A DNA stretch of 51,224 bases from Octopus bimaculoides (lineage: Eukaryota): positions 78,840,211-78,891,434 of the forward strand of contig NC_068984.1 of NCBI RefSeq assembly GCF_001194135.2, read 5' to 3'. Both the position numbers and the translations under genes were made by a program. Positions 11,291 through 22,073 of this stretch are shown piece after piece. Numbering within the stretch: position 1 is the first letter of the stretch; every line of letters begins with the position of its first letter. The notes under the pieces were generated by a model that was not told the DNA's origin, made no database searches, and saw only the letters and a program-made list of their open reading frames with translations.

Positions 11291-11649
11291 AAAGAGAGCG
11301 AATATGGGAGAGAGAGACATACATACATTCCCAAACAACACAAGTCTATAAATGTGACAAAAAACTCGGCGTCTGAGTCTACTCTGATGTAATTTTGTTA
11401 TACGAGCTGCGAGGAACACCAATCATAGCGAACTGTCACAATGCATTCAGTTTGCAAAGGACACTTGGAAATTGTTATTTTATGATGGTATAACATTCGG
11501 AAGACTGTCACTATGAGTTAATCTGTAGCAATTTCATTATTTCCATTCCTGTGATGTGTTAAAACATAATATTACCTTCATATTATTCTGGTAATTCTTA
11601 TAGTAAATCTGTCAGTGTCTTAGTTTGCTTGCAAAAATAATTACAGAGC

Positions 11650-11719
11650 TACTTCCTTTTTTCTTCTTTCTGTCTGTGTCTCTGGAGCATTTTGTTTTTT
11701 TTATCGCACCCTGTCAAAC

Positions 11720-11797
<78 letters not shown>

Positions 11798-12368
11798 GTC
11801 ACACTCTAAATACATACATATATGCATAAATACATACATATGTATATATATATATGTATATGTGTGTATATACACATATATATATATGTATATATATATA
11901 TGTATATATATATATAAATATATAATTTAGAGAAAAGAACCAAAGTTCATGAACTCATCCATATATATATATAAANNNNNNNNNNNNNNNNNNNNNNNNN
12001 NNNNNNNNNNNNNNNNNNNNNNNNNNNNNNNNNNNNNNNNNNNNNNNNNNNNNNNNNNNNNNNNNNNNNNNNNNNNNNNNNNNNNNNNNNNNNNNNNNNN
12101 NNNNNNNNNNNNNNNNNNNNNNNNNNNNNNNNNNNNNNNNNNNNNNNNNNNNNNNNNNNNNNNNNNNNNNNNNNNNNNNNNNNNNNNNNNNNNNNNNNNN
12201 NNNNNNNNNNNNNNNNNNNNNNNNNNNNNNNNTCTCTAAATTATATATTTATATATATATATACATATATATATATACATATATATATATGTGTATATAC
12301 ACACATATACATATATATATATACATATGTATGTATTTATGCATATATGTATGTATTTAGAGTGTGAC

Positions 12369-12450
<82 letters not shown>

Positions 12451-12520
12451 GTTTGACAGGGTGCGATAAAAAAAACAAAATGCTCCAGAGACACAGACAG
12501 AAAGAAGAAAAAAGGAAGTA
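11650..12520. repeat. Inverted duplication 11650-11933 / 12233-12520 around a gap, including (TATC)n
   Basis: Arms are essentially identical reverse complements, differing by about one TATC unit. Confidence 0.9.
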
Positions 12521-13339
12521 TATATATATATATATATATATACACACAGACACACATACATACATGTAATTTTTAATACAAAGTGGAATGAACAAGCTTT
12601 AATCCAAACCCCTACAATTGTTTCTGTGCATTATCAACAGCTGTTAGTTGCTAATTGTTTCACATATACATATCATATAAACATTATCATTCAACTAAAA
12701 TGGTAGTTGAATAATATTCTTAAGGCTGAAATTTACTCACACGCAGCGTCATTCAGAGCTTGTCGCTAATTCAGTTCTTAACCAAATAGAAAACCGTTAA
12801 CATTTTTGAAGAGGACTGGTCTCTAGCTACATTTTGGCATACAAAACTTGACATTTGGTCCGGTAGAAAAAAGCTTACATCAAAATTTGTAGCGACGTTA
12901 ATGATAGAACAAAGCGTGAAGGATTTCATAGTTTTGGTCCAACGCAACAGAAGTTTGTATCAAAAACGTTGTGAGGTAAAATATCAGGAAGACAAATATA
13001 AGTAAGGCAAAAAATTGGATTTACGTATAATTAACTTTTTTTTATTTTAAAAACAAACTATATTTTGATTAAGCTTAAATGATGGAGCTCAATTCGAGAA
13101 ATTTCATGGTATCAATCTCATGCAATGAAGTTTTAAAAAGACGAAAGTTATGAGTGTTTGTTTCTCAAATTTGAGGGTGATAATATAGTTCTATACGTTT
13201 TTATAATATAGTTATAGGGGACTTTTACTATGTTTCACCGGCATCATTGAAGTAAGGAAAAAATTATCAGCGACACCGCTAATTGACACATTCGACACAT
13301 TATTAATTAGCATAATAGCATAGCCTGGGGAAAAACATG

Positions 13340-14490
13340 GATTACATGGGAAAATGCGAGCAAGGGAAATGATATTCTTAAAATAAATCTAGAAAAAAGT
13401 ATAGGACATGTTATTACAATTGGAAAAGTTCAGGACAAGTTATTATGTCTGGTACAGAACAAGAAAATTTTCACTTAAAATATTACAGCTAAGGATAAAA
13501 TTTGAATATTAAAATTATTTGATTTTAATTTACAAAGTAACATTATAATTAAAAAGGTACCATCATTTTTTTAAAATATTGACACACCAGAATACTTAAA
13601 ATATGAGAGCCAGATGTACCAATATAGCTGAAGTTTTATGCAAAGTAGAATAGTGTACATGGTTGGCAAATTCAGTATCTAAAAAAATAGGCATTGTTCA
13701 AGACTAAAAATGTGAAGACTTGACAATAACTTAGGTAATAACTCAAGTAAATTTTATTGTGAATTTGTTGTTATAGATAGATTTTACCGTAATATATAAC
13801 TAATTTTTATATTATTCAGTTTAATGTAATAACTATGTACTACTATTATTTTTTATAACGTATTTTCAAATTTCTAATTATTAATTAATTATTATTTAAT
13901 AATTATTAATTAATAATTAAAAAAATTAGTTTTTTTAAAGTTCAAAAAAATCCCGAGTTATTTTTAATTTTTAAAAGAAGTAACGTGGAGGCGCGTGGCT
14001 TAGTGGTTAGGGTGTCAACATCATGATCGTAAGATTGATGGTTTCGATTCTTGGACCAGGCGACGCGTTGTGTTCTTGAGCAAAACACTTCATTTCACGT
14101 TGCTCCAGTTCCCCTCAGCTGGCAAAGATGAGTAACGCTGCGATGGACTGACGTCCTGTCCAGCTGGGGAACACATACGCCATTGAAACCGGAAAACCGG
14201 GCCCATGAGCCTGGCTAGGCTTTAAAAGGGCGCATCTATTATTTATTATAATAGAAGTAGCAAGTAATAACAAATAGAAGTAATAACTTGTAATAAAATT
14301 TTGTTTTAATAAAAGCTAATACTTTCTAAATCTAAATATTTTATTTGAAATGTTATCTTTAGCTGCAATATTTTAACTAAAAGTTTTCTTGTTTTGTACT
14401 TTACCAGATGTAATAGCTTGCCCTGTACTTTTCCAGATTTATAATCTTAAGAATATTATTTCTCTTGATGGCATTTTTCTATGTAATATA
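13340..14490. repeat. Pair of diverged inverted homologous segments (about 13340-13515 and 14345-14490)
   Basis: TGGAAAAGTTCAGGACAAGTTATTATGTCTGGTACAGAACAAGAAAATTTT...AAAATATTACAGCTAAGGATA matches the reverse complement of 14345-14445. Confidence 0.65.
13985..14252 (+). mobile_element. tRNA-derived SINE family B, full length
   Basis: A box TGGCTTAGTGG, B-box-like GGTTTCGATTC, GTGTTCTTGAGCAAAACACTT core, AT-rich tail; near-perfect TSD AGAAGTA[A/G]C (13976-13984 / 14253-14261). Confidence 0.88.
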
Positions 14491-14643
14491 AATATGATCC
14501 ACCAGTAGATGTTTACTCACACTTCATCTGGTGACTGGCTTTGGGGGCACTGACTTGTAGTTTCCCCATTGTATTACACCCATATTTTATTTTTAGTATT
14601 ACCTTGATAAAGAGCAACACATAGATTCAAATAGACACAAGTC

Positions 14644-14701
<58 letters not shown>

Positions 14702-15376
14702 NNNNNNNNNNTTACGTTATTCCAGTCTCCCTTTCGATCAGGGGGAATGTTGGCCTGCTCAGGATTCTTCGCCGCTGGTTCTGCTGGTGAGAGCTTAAAC
14801 TGTTTTAAGACAGATTCAAACTTTGAACGGCAATAAATTTAATGACGTCACTTGTTCTTGTTCGCTTGTGGTCTAGAGATTTTTGTTTGGCTGTCTGTCT
14901 GAATATTCACTTACTTTTTCATATACTCTGGACATATACTTTAGTTTTGCAGAAGTCCAGCGTTCTGGTCTATTGACTTACCTGGTCATGCATTTTGTTC
15001 ATCGATTGTTTTGATCACTTGTTTTTGACCAGCAGAGATCCAATGGTTTGGTTGGTTGATTTTCTGCATACGTCATTTATGTTTTCCAAAGGTCTTGGCA
15101 ACTTGTTTTTGTCTGAAGTTCGTCCAGCGTTCTCGTTGGCTGATTCCCTTCAGAAACCACTGGTCACGATCAGCTGAATGTTTACTTCTTTGTTTCCCCG
15201 AGGGTCCAGTTTTGACTAGTAAAAGAATCTAATTGGTTTAGCCTAGCATGACGTCAACAACTGGTATTTGAGAAGGTGCAATGTGTAATTGCACAGTAGT
15301 TTGAAGCTAAGGTTTCGAGTCCCGAAGGTAGCTCGCTTCTTCAAATTTTGATGTATGTTTGTTTCTAATCGTTTTT

Positions 15377-15795
15377 AGGCGCAGGAGTGGCTGTGTGGTA
15401 AGTAGCTTGCTTACCAACCACACGGTTCCAGGTTCATTCCCACTGCGTGGCACATTGGGCAAGTGTCTTCTACTATAGCCTCGGGCCGACCAAAGCCTTG
15501 TGAGTGGATTTGGTAGACGGAAACTGAAAGAAGCCCGTCCTACATATATATATATATGTATGTGTGTGTGTGTGTGTATATATTTGTGTGTCTGTGTTTG
15601 TCCCCCCAGCATCGCTTGACAACCGATGGTGGTGTGTTTACGTCCCCGTAATCTAGCGGTTCGGCAAATGAGACCGATAGAATAAGTACTAGGCTTATAA
15701 AGAATAGGTCCTGGGGTCGATTTATTCGACTAAAAGGCGGTGCTCCAGCATGGCCACAGTCAAATGACTGAAACAAGTAAAAGAGTAAAAGAGTG
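15377..15795 (+). mobile_element. tRNA-derived SINE family A, full length, well preserved
   Basis: AGGCGCAGGAGTGGCTGTGTGGTAAG head, GGTTCATTCCC B-box-like, central (TA)/(TG) tract, tail GGCGGTGCTCCAGCATGGCC...GAAACAAGTAAAAGAGTAAAAGAG. Confidence 0.92.
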
Positions 15796-16131
15796 AATAA
15801 ATGAAGTTTTCTCATCTTGAAGTGTTGTTATAACGCGGTTCATGTCTTAATAGGCACATCTTCCTTATTCCACTGGAATTGGGTTGAAGTGTCTCCGGCA
15901 TACTGATATAGACTGAAAATTTGGTATTTTGGATGTTTGTGCGCGGGACACAGATATAGGTGTTTACTTACGGGAATTCTCCTACTTATGGGGCCACAAA
16001 TCTGTAATCTGTTGCCAGTGTACCTTCATTCTGTCTCTCGGAGTCAAGCTTTTTTGACTAAGTAATCTCCACCACATCTAGATGCTTTCGATCATATGTG
16101 TATTCGATCAGGCCTGACTTGTATCTAAAAC

Positions 16132-16438
16132 TGTTGTGGTGAGAGTCACGACCCCCCCCCCGCCTCTGCGAGAATAGACTTGACCGAACTACTATAAATA
16201 GTAGTGGTCTGAGTGAGAGACAGAGGGAGAGTAGGCGTTAATTTCAAGAAGTCGTAATTTGTCATTTTGGTAGTTTGTCGGAATATTGTTTATTGGTTCG
16301 TGGAGAGTTCATGGAGAGTTTGTTGAATTGTTAAGCTGTTCTTACCCTGCTTCGTTATATACATTTATTGTTACTACCCAGTTATATTGTAAACAAGTAT
16401 CGTCATAAATAGTGCCGATACTACAATAACTGGCGATG
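16132..16438 (+). mobile_element. Probable 5' LTR plus primer-binding site of a Gypsy-type LTR retrotransposon
   Basis: Starts TGTTGTGG, ends CTACAATA (16421-16428; 6/8 inverted match), TATAAATA at 16193-16200, followed by AC-TGGCGATG (TGGCGACG-type PBS with CpG decay). No internal ORF follows. Confidence 0.5.
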
Positions 16439-16629
16439 TGTAATTACGTCACAATGAAATCATTAACAAACAAGACACGTATTTATTTCTTTATGTATTT
16501 GTTCCTGTGACTGCATAAAAATTTTATTGATTATGTGTAGAATAGTGGATAATTTAAATGATTGATATATTTTTGTTTCATACTACGCTGCCAGTATAAC
16601 GTGATGAGCATGCGCACAATTATTTTGCT

Positions 16630-16945
16630 CGGGAAATGGGATCAATGAACCCAGTGAAAGGAGAGTTCATAACAGAGATGTGTGAGTTCAGAGGTCGAGG
16701 AGAGTATGGGTTTTAGCGTTTCGGGATTTTCCTTCATTTGAGAATGAGGAACAAGGAAAATCGGGAGAAAGGTTCCGCAAACTCCTTTTCGAGAAACGTT
16801 GCACAGAAGCTTCCCAAGTTGATTATATGTACTCTGGAAAGGTAACTCCAGCATTGCCTCACTACAGCGGCACAACATAGGATACTGTAATCTACTGTTG
16901 ACCTCTACAGCCAAAAAGACCTTGCTTTACCGTCACAGATTACAG
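16630..16945. repeat. Unclassified decayed interspersed repeat with an inverted partial copy at 18485-18620
   Basis: TTGTTCCTCATTCTCAAATGAAGGAAAA...TTATGAACTCTCCTTTCACTGGGTTCATTGATCCCATTTC (minus) matches 18488-18615 (plus). Confidence 0.7.
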
Positions 16946-16964
16946 CACCATACACATACATACA

Positions 16965-16996
<32 letters not shown>

Positions 16997-17017
16997 AGTA
17001 TGTATGCATGTATGTAT

Positions 17018-17472
17018 ATTCTCTTCTGTAAGGAAGGAGAGGGTTTCTAGCAAGGATACAGTTTCGTTGTTTGAATGTCGATAATAAAAACAAATCCATC
17101 TTTTGAACTTCAGAAAAAGGGTAGCGTATTTTTATTGTTCTGCTTACAGATTATATATACAATGTTGGAGTTAGCTGATTGATTTCTTACTTTTTTTTGT
17201 AAACCCCAGTTTATCCAGGGGTGTCACTCACAAAACCAAATGCACTAATTATTATTAGTATGAATGTGAATTTATAATCTGGGTATGGAAGTTGAAGGGT
17301 TTGGAGCAGTTGTCCATAGTTATCCTTTTTCTCTTTGATTCTCAAGGAGGTATTCACATCAACAGGGCAGCTGACCTTTATAATAGTACACATTTTGCAT
17401 TCTCTGTCCCAAACAACGTATCCTGCTTGTTATGTTTGCATTTAGTAGACGTTTTGATGGTAATGTTCAATC
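17018..17472 (-). mobile_element. 5'-truncated R4/Dong-clade LINE: restriction-like endonuclease domain, C-terminus and 3' UTR
   Basis: With one frameshift reads NITIKTSTKCKHNKQD(I)VVWDRECKMCTIIKVSCPVDVNTSLRIKEKKDNYGQLLQTLQLPYPDYKFTFILIIISAFGFV, the PD-(D/E)xK RLE signature (KPD...EVSCP...KxEKxxxY). (CATA)n-type tracts flank both sides. Confidence 0.85.
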
Positions 17473-17496
17473 GTATGTGTGTATGTATGTATGTGT

Positions 17497-17878
17497 GGAG
17501 GCGCAATGGCCCAGTGGTTAGGGCAGCAGACTCGCGGTCATAGGATCGCGGTTTCGATTCCCAGACCGGGCGTTGTGAGTGTTTATTGAGCGAAAACATT
17601 TAAAGCTCCACGAGGCTCCGGCAGGGGATGGTAGCGAACCCTGCTGTACTCTTTCACCACAATTTTCTCTCACTCTTACTTTCTGTTTCTGTTGTGCCTG
17701 TAATTCAAAGGGTCGGCCTTGTCACACTGTGTCACGCTGAATATCCCCGAGAACTACGTTAAGGGTACACGTGTCTGTGGAGTGCACAGCCACTTGCACG
17801 TTACTTTCACGAGCAGGATGTTCCGTTGATTGGATCAACTGGAACCCTCGACGTCGGAACTGACGGAGTGCCAATAAT
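17497..17878 (+). mobile_element. tRNA-derived SINE family C, full length
   Basis: A box TGGCCCAGTGG, B-box-like GGTTTCGATTCCC, tail GGATCAACTGGAACCCTCGACGTC...GACGGAGTGCCAA; inserted within (ATGT)n. Confidence 0.9.
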
Positions 17879-18683
17879 GTATGTATGTATGTATTACGTA
17901 CTCCTTCACAGAACCGGTACAAATAAATATTATCCCTTGTTCTAAACTAATTTGGGGATGATATCAACCATACAAACGAAAGTATTGAATTTAACGTTGG
18001 TTAGAGTTATTATATACCTGGAGATATGAACTCAGCACTGAAAGCTAACTTAAAAGGTTTTCATTTTACAGTTCTTTAGTTTAACTCGGTAAATTATCTA
18101 TTATAGTGGTATAATCAGGAATCAAAACTATTTGGTGGTGGACGGTGTCAGTAATAATCTGATCAGCAGAAGAGTTCAGTTTTGAGGATTATAGAGTTTT
18201 AGGCCTGTTCATTATTTGATAGAGAGGAACGGAAATGGGTGTTATCCTTTGGGCTATCCAGTGCTTTACACTTTGAGAGTAAGAAACAGAAAAAAAAGGC
18301 TTTAGTCAAGGGCTTCGTTGGTTTGCCTGTTAGGCTTCAGGAAAAGAGAACAGAGAAAAAGTGGTAATGCTTATTGGGCCCTTGGCAACGACCTCACTCT
18401 TTGATTGTGAGAAACAGAGAAATATGGCTTTGTGGATTGGACAATAGTTAAATAAAAAAATTTACTTATCGTTTAAGCAACATATTTCTTTGTTCCTCGC
18501 TCTCAGATGAAGGGAAACACCGCAATAGTAGAGCCTGTGCTCATCTAGGACACTGAGCCCATCCAACTTTCTTATGAACTCTCCTTTCCCTAGGTTCACT
18601 GATCTCATTTCGAGATTTTCATCGCTATTTCAAGTGGTTTTTTTCTTCATTTTTCTTATAGTTCTGGATTAAGGTGGGTTAAA

Positions 18684-18690
18684 CGGCGGC

Positions 18691-18734
<44 letters not shown>

Positions 18735-18797
18735 CGACGATGACAACAACAGCAGCAGTAGCAATAGCAATGTCCACAACGACAACTACAATAACAG
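18684..18797. repeat. Compound (CGG)/(CAG)n/(CAA) trinucleotide repeat
   Basis: Directly visible. Confidence 0.9.
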
Positions 18798-19239
18798 CAT
18801 ATTACAAATAGTAAATATGAATGGAAAAAGATAAATAGATAAGAGAAAGTTAGACATGTATACATACATACATAGAGACAGACAGATACACAGACAGATG
18901 GACAGACAGACCGGCAGACAGACCGGCAGACAGACGGGCAGACAGACATACACATAAATAGTCAGGCTGGTAAACAAACATGGCGATGAGCAAGTAAATA
19001 AAAGAAAATAAATCCAATATCAGTTTATGAAATTTGTTCGATTTTAGATATTATACAATATCAGATTTGTAATGCTGTTAACGAATCTTTCCTAACTCGT
19101 TATCTAGCCATCAGACAGGCTTTCTTCTAACTCTTAATGTTCTTCATTGATAATATTCAATATTTCATTTTGTTGTTTCGTTTCGTTTATTTTAGCTTTG
19201 CAAAGAGTTCTACTGCAAATCGTCTTCTTATGAACTTGG

Positions 19240-19620
19240 TGTTGTTATAATACTAAAATGATGACGCTATTAAGATATACTGTGGTAATGATGATGCTAG
19301 AAACAGCCTATAAAGATGTCGTTATAATGTTGCAATGATATGAAGCTTGAATGCAATAATGACGACACTAGAATGCTATGATAATGATGTCGCTAAAATA
19401 TTAAGACGGCATTGTACTGTTAGAATGGTGACGCTTGAATGTAACAATGGTTGAGTGAATGCTATAAGAATGGCTCTATAATGCTATCATATGACAATGA
19501 TAATAGCAGAATAATATAAACAGGACGTTATAACATGGCACTAGAATGTTATGATGATGAAGGTATAAAGCCAAAACGACGACGCTGTGATCCTATACGA
19601 CGCTATATATTAGCACTGTA
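19240..19620. repeat. Old degenerate minisatellite (core approx. AATGATGACGCTAGAATGCTAT)
   Basis: Repeated variants such as GACACTAGAATGCTATG, GACGCTTGAATGT, GGCACTAGAATGTTATG and GTCGCTAAAAT. Confidence 0.65.
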
Positions 19621-19987
19621 GTCTTTCTTTCCTGCCATCTATAAGCAAAATGAAAATCACGTGGTGAGAGACAACTGGTGACGTAGCACAATGGTCAACT
19701 TCTTATTTTATCTTGAATTGTCGCATTGTTTTGGGGCAGTTTTCCAAAATTTGGAAACAGTAAATTTCTGAATAAAAATGTTTGCAACTTTGATCAGAAT
19801 TCTTTGATCTTGATGAAAATTGTGAGTTTTCTAATCTTGTAAATAATTACTAAATAAACCATATTTTTTTTTTAATTGCTCGTTCTGGAAGATGGGGCAG
19901 TGTCCACAATCTCTGCACTCCTTCGTCGGCTTGCGAGATTGCTGCTATTATATTCTTCTTGAACTATTCTAAGTCAACACTTGCAGT

Positions 19988-20096
19988 AAAGATATAAGCA
20001 AAGAGGGGATTCTTGGAGAGAAAGGCATAAGCAAAGAGGGAATTCTTGGAGAGAAAGATATAAACAAAGAGGGAATTCTTGGAGAGAAAGGCATAA
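19988..20096. repeat. 33-bp tandem repeat x3.3
   Basis: Units start at 19988, 20021, 20054 and 20087 (AAAG[AT/GC]ATAA[G/A]CAAAGAGGG[G/A]ATTCTTGGAGAG). Confidence 0.95.
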
Positions 20097-20312
20097 TGAT
20101 TAGCGTGAGACCTAAGGAGTTAGCTACGACAAGGGTAATAAACGGAGGAGGGAAGAATGGGATGGGAATACTATAAGCCTACTCATCTCCAAGAAGTGAA
20201 GACCATAACGGTAGAAAAGGCAGAGTGATAAATTTGAAGAAATTCTTGAATACTTTGTATAAAAGTGTGACTTCTTAAAACCTCAGATCAAGCATGATCA
20301 ATTCATAGACAT

Positions 20313-20852
20313 AAGCGAAGGCATGGACGTGTGGTAAGAAGTTTGCTTCCCAGCCACAAGTTTCTGGGTTCAGTATTACTGCATTGCATCTTGGGCAAGT
20401 ATCTTCTGCTATAACTTCGGACCGACCAAACATTTGTGAGAGGACCTGGTAGACGGGTAGTGAAAGAGGTCTGTCATATGTATATATATATATATATATA
20501 TNNNNNNNNNNNNNNNNNNNNNNNNNNNNNNNNNNNNNNNNNNNNNNNNNNNNNNNNNNNNNNNGTGGTGGTGGTGGTGGTGGTGGTGGTGTGTGTGTGT
20601 CTGTCTGTTTGTCTGTTTGTGTGTCTGTGTCTGTGTCGTGTTTGTCTCCTACCACCATCACTGCTTGACAACCGGTGTATTTATGTGCTTGCAGCCTAGC
20701 AGTTCAGCAAAATGGACCGATAGAATAAGTACCGAGTTTTTAAACAAACATGAGTACTGAGGTCGATTCGTTCGACTAAAAATGTTTCAATGCGGTGCTC
20801 CAGCATGGCCGCAGTCTAATGACTGAAACAAGTAAAAGAGAAAAGAGAAAAG
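20313..20852 (+). mobile_element. tRNA-derived SINE family A, full length, central (TA)n/gap/(GTG)n
   Basis: Head, core and tail align with 15377-15795. Confidence 0.88.
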
Positions 20853-20920
20853 CTGCAGTCTTCTTTTATTTATCTATTTTTATCTAGGTCATTATCATCT
20901 ACTGTACTTGTGGTGTGTGT

Positions 20921-21140
20921 GGAGGGGCAATGGCCCAGTGGTTAGGGTAGCGGACTCGTGGTCATAGGATCGCAGTCGATTCCCAGACCGGGCGTTGTGA
21001 GTGTTTATTGAGCGAAAACACCTAAAGCTCCGTTCTAAGTTCAAATTCCGCCAAAGTTAACCTAGCCTTTCATCCTTTCAGAGTCGATAAAATAATGTAC
21101 CAGTTAAGTACTGGGGTCAAAATTGCTGCTCTTGTACCAA
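20921..21140 (+). mobile_element. Chimeric SINE: family C head (20921-21031) fused to family D body (21032-21140)
   Basis: The first 111 bp are nearly identical to the start of the family C copy at 17497; from GTTCTAAGTTCAAATTCCGCC onward it matches the Deu-type core of 21859-22073. Confidence 0.85.
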
Positions 21141-21414
21141 AATTAGACAGAATTATTTCCTATGTACATCCTATATATCAGTGCACTTTGGCCGAATTGC
21201 TAAGAAGTTGATCCTGCAATATGACGTTCTGAGTTCACTCTCACAGTGTGGTAATTTAGTCAAGTGTCATTTTTTTCTCTAGCCTCGGATCGATCCATAA
21301 CTCGTTAGGGAATATGTGTCGACAGCAATTGCTTAAAAAACTGTTGGGCAGATTTTGACTTCTGATTAAAAAAGTACAGCTTTGTCCCACACTGTGTTGT
21401 GCTGATTCTGCCCA

Positions 21415-21520
21415 AGAATTACGTTTGCACGCATCGGTGGAATACTCAGCTACTTACACGTTAATTCAGGAGCAAGTAATTCAGTTGACCGAACAACTGA
21501 ACTCATAATGTCCAATAACC
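21415..21520 (+). mobile_element. Degraded 3' fragment of SINE family C
   Basis: GGTGGAATACTCAGCTACTTACACGTTAATT...CAGTTGACCGAACAACTGAAC resembles 17775-17845. Confidence 0.55.
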
Positions 21521-21602
21521 CTAACCCACCTTTATATATTAATATGTAGTGTGATTGTTATAGATGTGTTGCATGTATTTCTTACTCTATTCTGTATTCT
21601 GT

Positions 21603-21693
<91 letters not shown>

Positions 21694-21858
21694 TGTGTGT
21701 GTGTACCAGTCTGGGAGTGGCATAAATATTTTATTTAATGTCATAGTTGAATATGCTTACCGTCGTATTTTATCAATATAAACAGGGTTATAGTGACCGA
21801 TGCTGTTTTTTGGTCATCGCTATGGCTAGTTATTTCATCTAATGTAATGGTTGAAAAA

Positions 21859-22073
21859 GGCAGTGAGCTGACAGAATCGTTAACACAACGGACAAAATGC
21901 TTAGCGGCATTATGTCCGCCTTTACGTTCTGGGTTTAAATGCCGCCGGAGTTGACTTTGCCTTTCATCCTTTCGGAGGCCAATAAAATAAGTGCCAGTTG
22001 AGCACTGGGGTCGATCTAATAGACTTAGCCCTTACTTCGAAACTACTGGCCTTGTGCCAAATTTTGAAATCAT
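21859..22073 (+). mobile_element. Deu/Nin-domain tRNA-derived SINE (family D), full length
   Basis: Core GTTGACTTTGCCTTTCATCCTTTCGGAGGCCAATAAAATAAGTGCCAG resembles the Deu/Nin domain (from memory); 13-bp TSD TGTAATGGTTGAA at 21843-21855 and 22074-22086. Confidence 0.88.

Noticed and set aside
10661-11392. Long ORFs in the track rich in X, YI, TH or VC (also 22979, 24227, 39187, 40657, 42519, 47315)
   Set aside because: They are translations of N gaps and dinucleotide/tetranucleotide repeats.
12730-13200. DNA transposon subterminal regions (also 30300-30900, 36350-37130, 43500-44180)
   Set aside because: The composition suggests decayed elements, but I found no paired TIRs, TSD or recognisable transposase motif.
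13985-14070. tRNA genes at the SINE heads (also 15377, 17497, 21859)
   Set aside because: A/B boxes are present but there is no complete cloverleaf, and each continues into a SINE body and tail.
16642-16914. Penelope RT N-terminus (KENPETLKPILSS)
   Set aside because: Only a short motif resemblance; the inverted homolog at 18485-18620 does not keep the peptide, and the coding strand is ambiguous.
18656-18955. Poly-Cys / poly-Gln or poly-Ala coding exon; likewise poly-Asn at 34930-35130
   Set aside because: Simple trinucleotide tracts with no flanking coding signal or splice support.
19988-20096. CRISPR array (33-bp repeats; also the 31-bp repeats at 33205)
   Set aside because: Units are contiguous with no spacers, no cas genes are present, and the context is eukaryotic.
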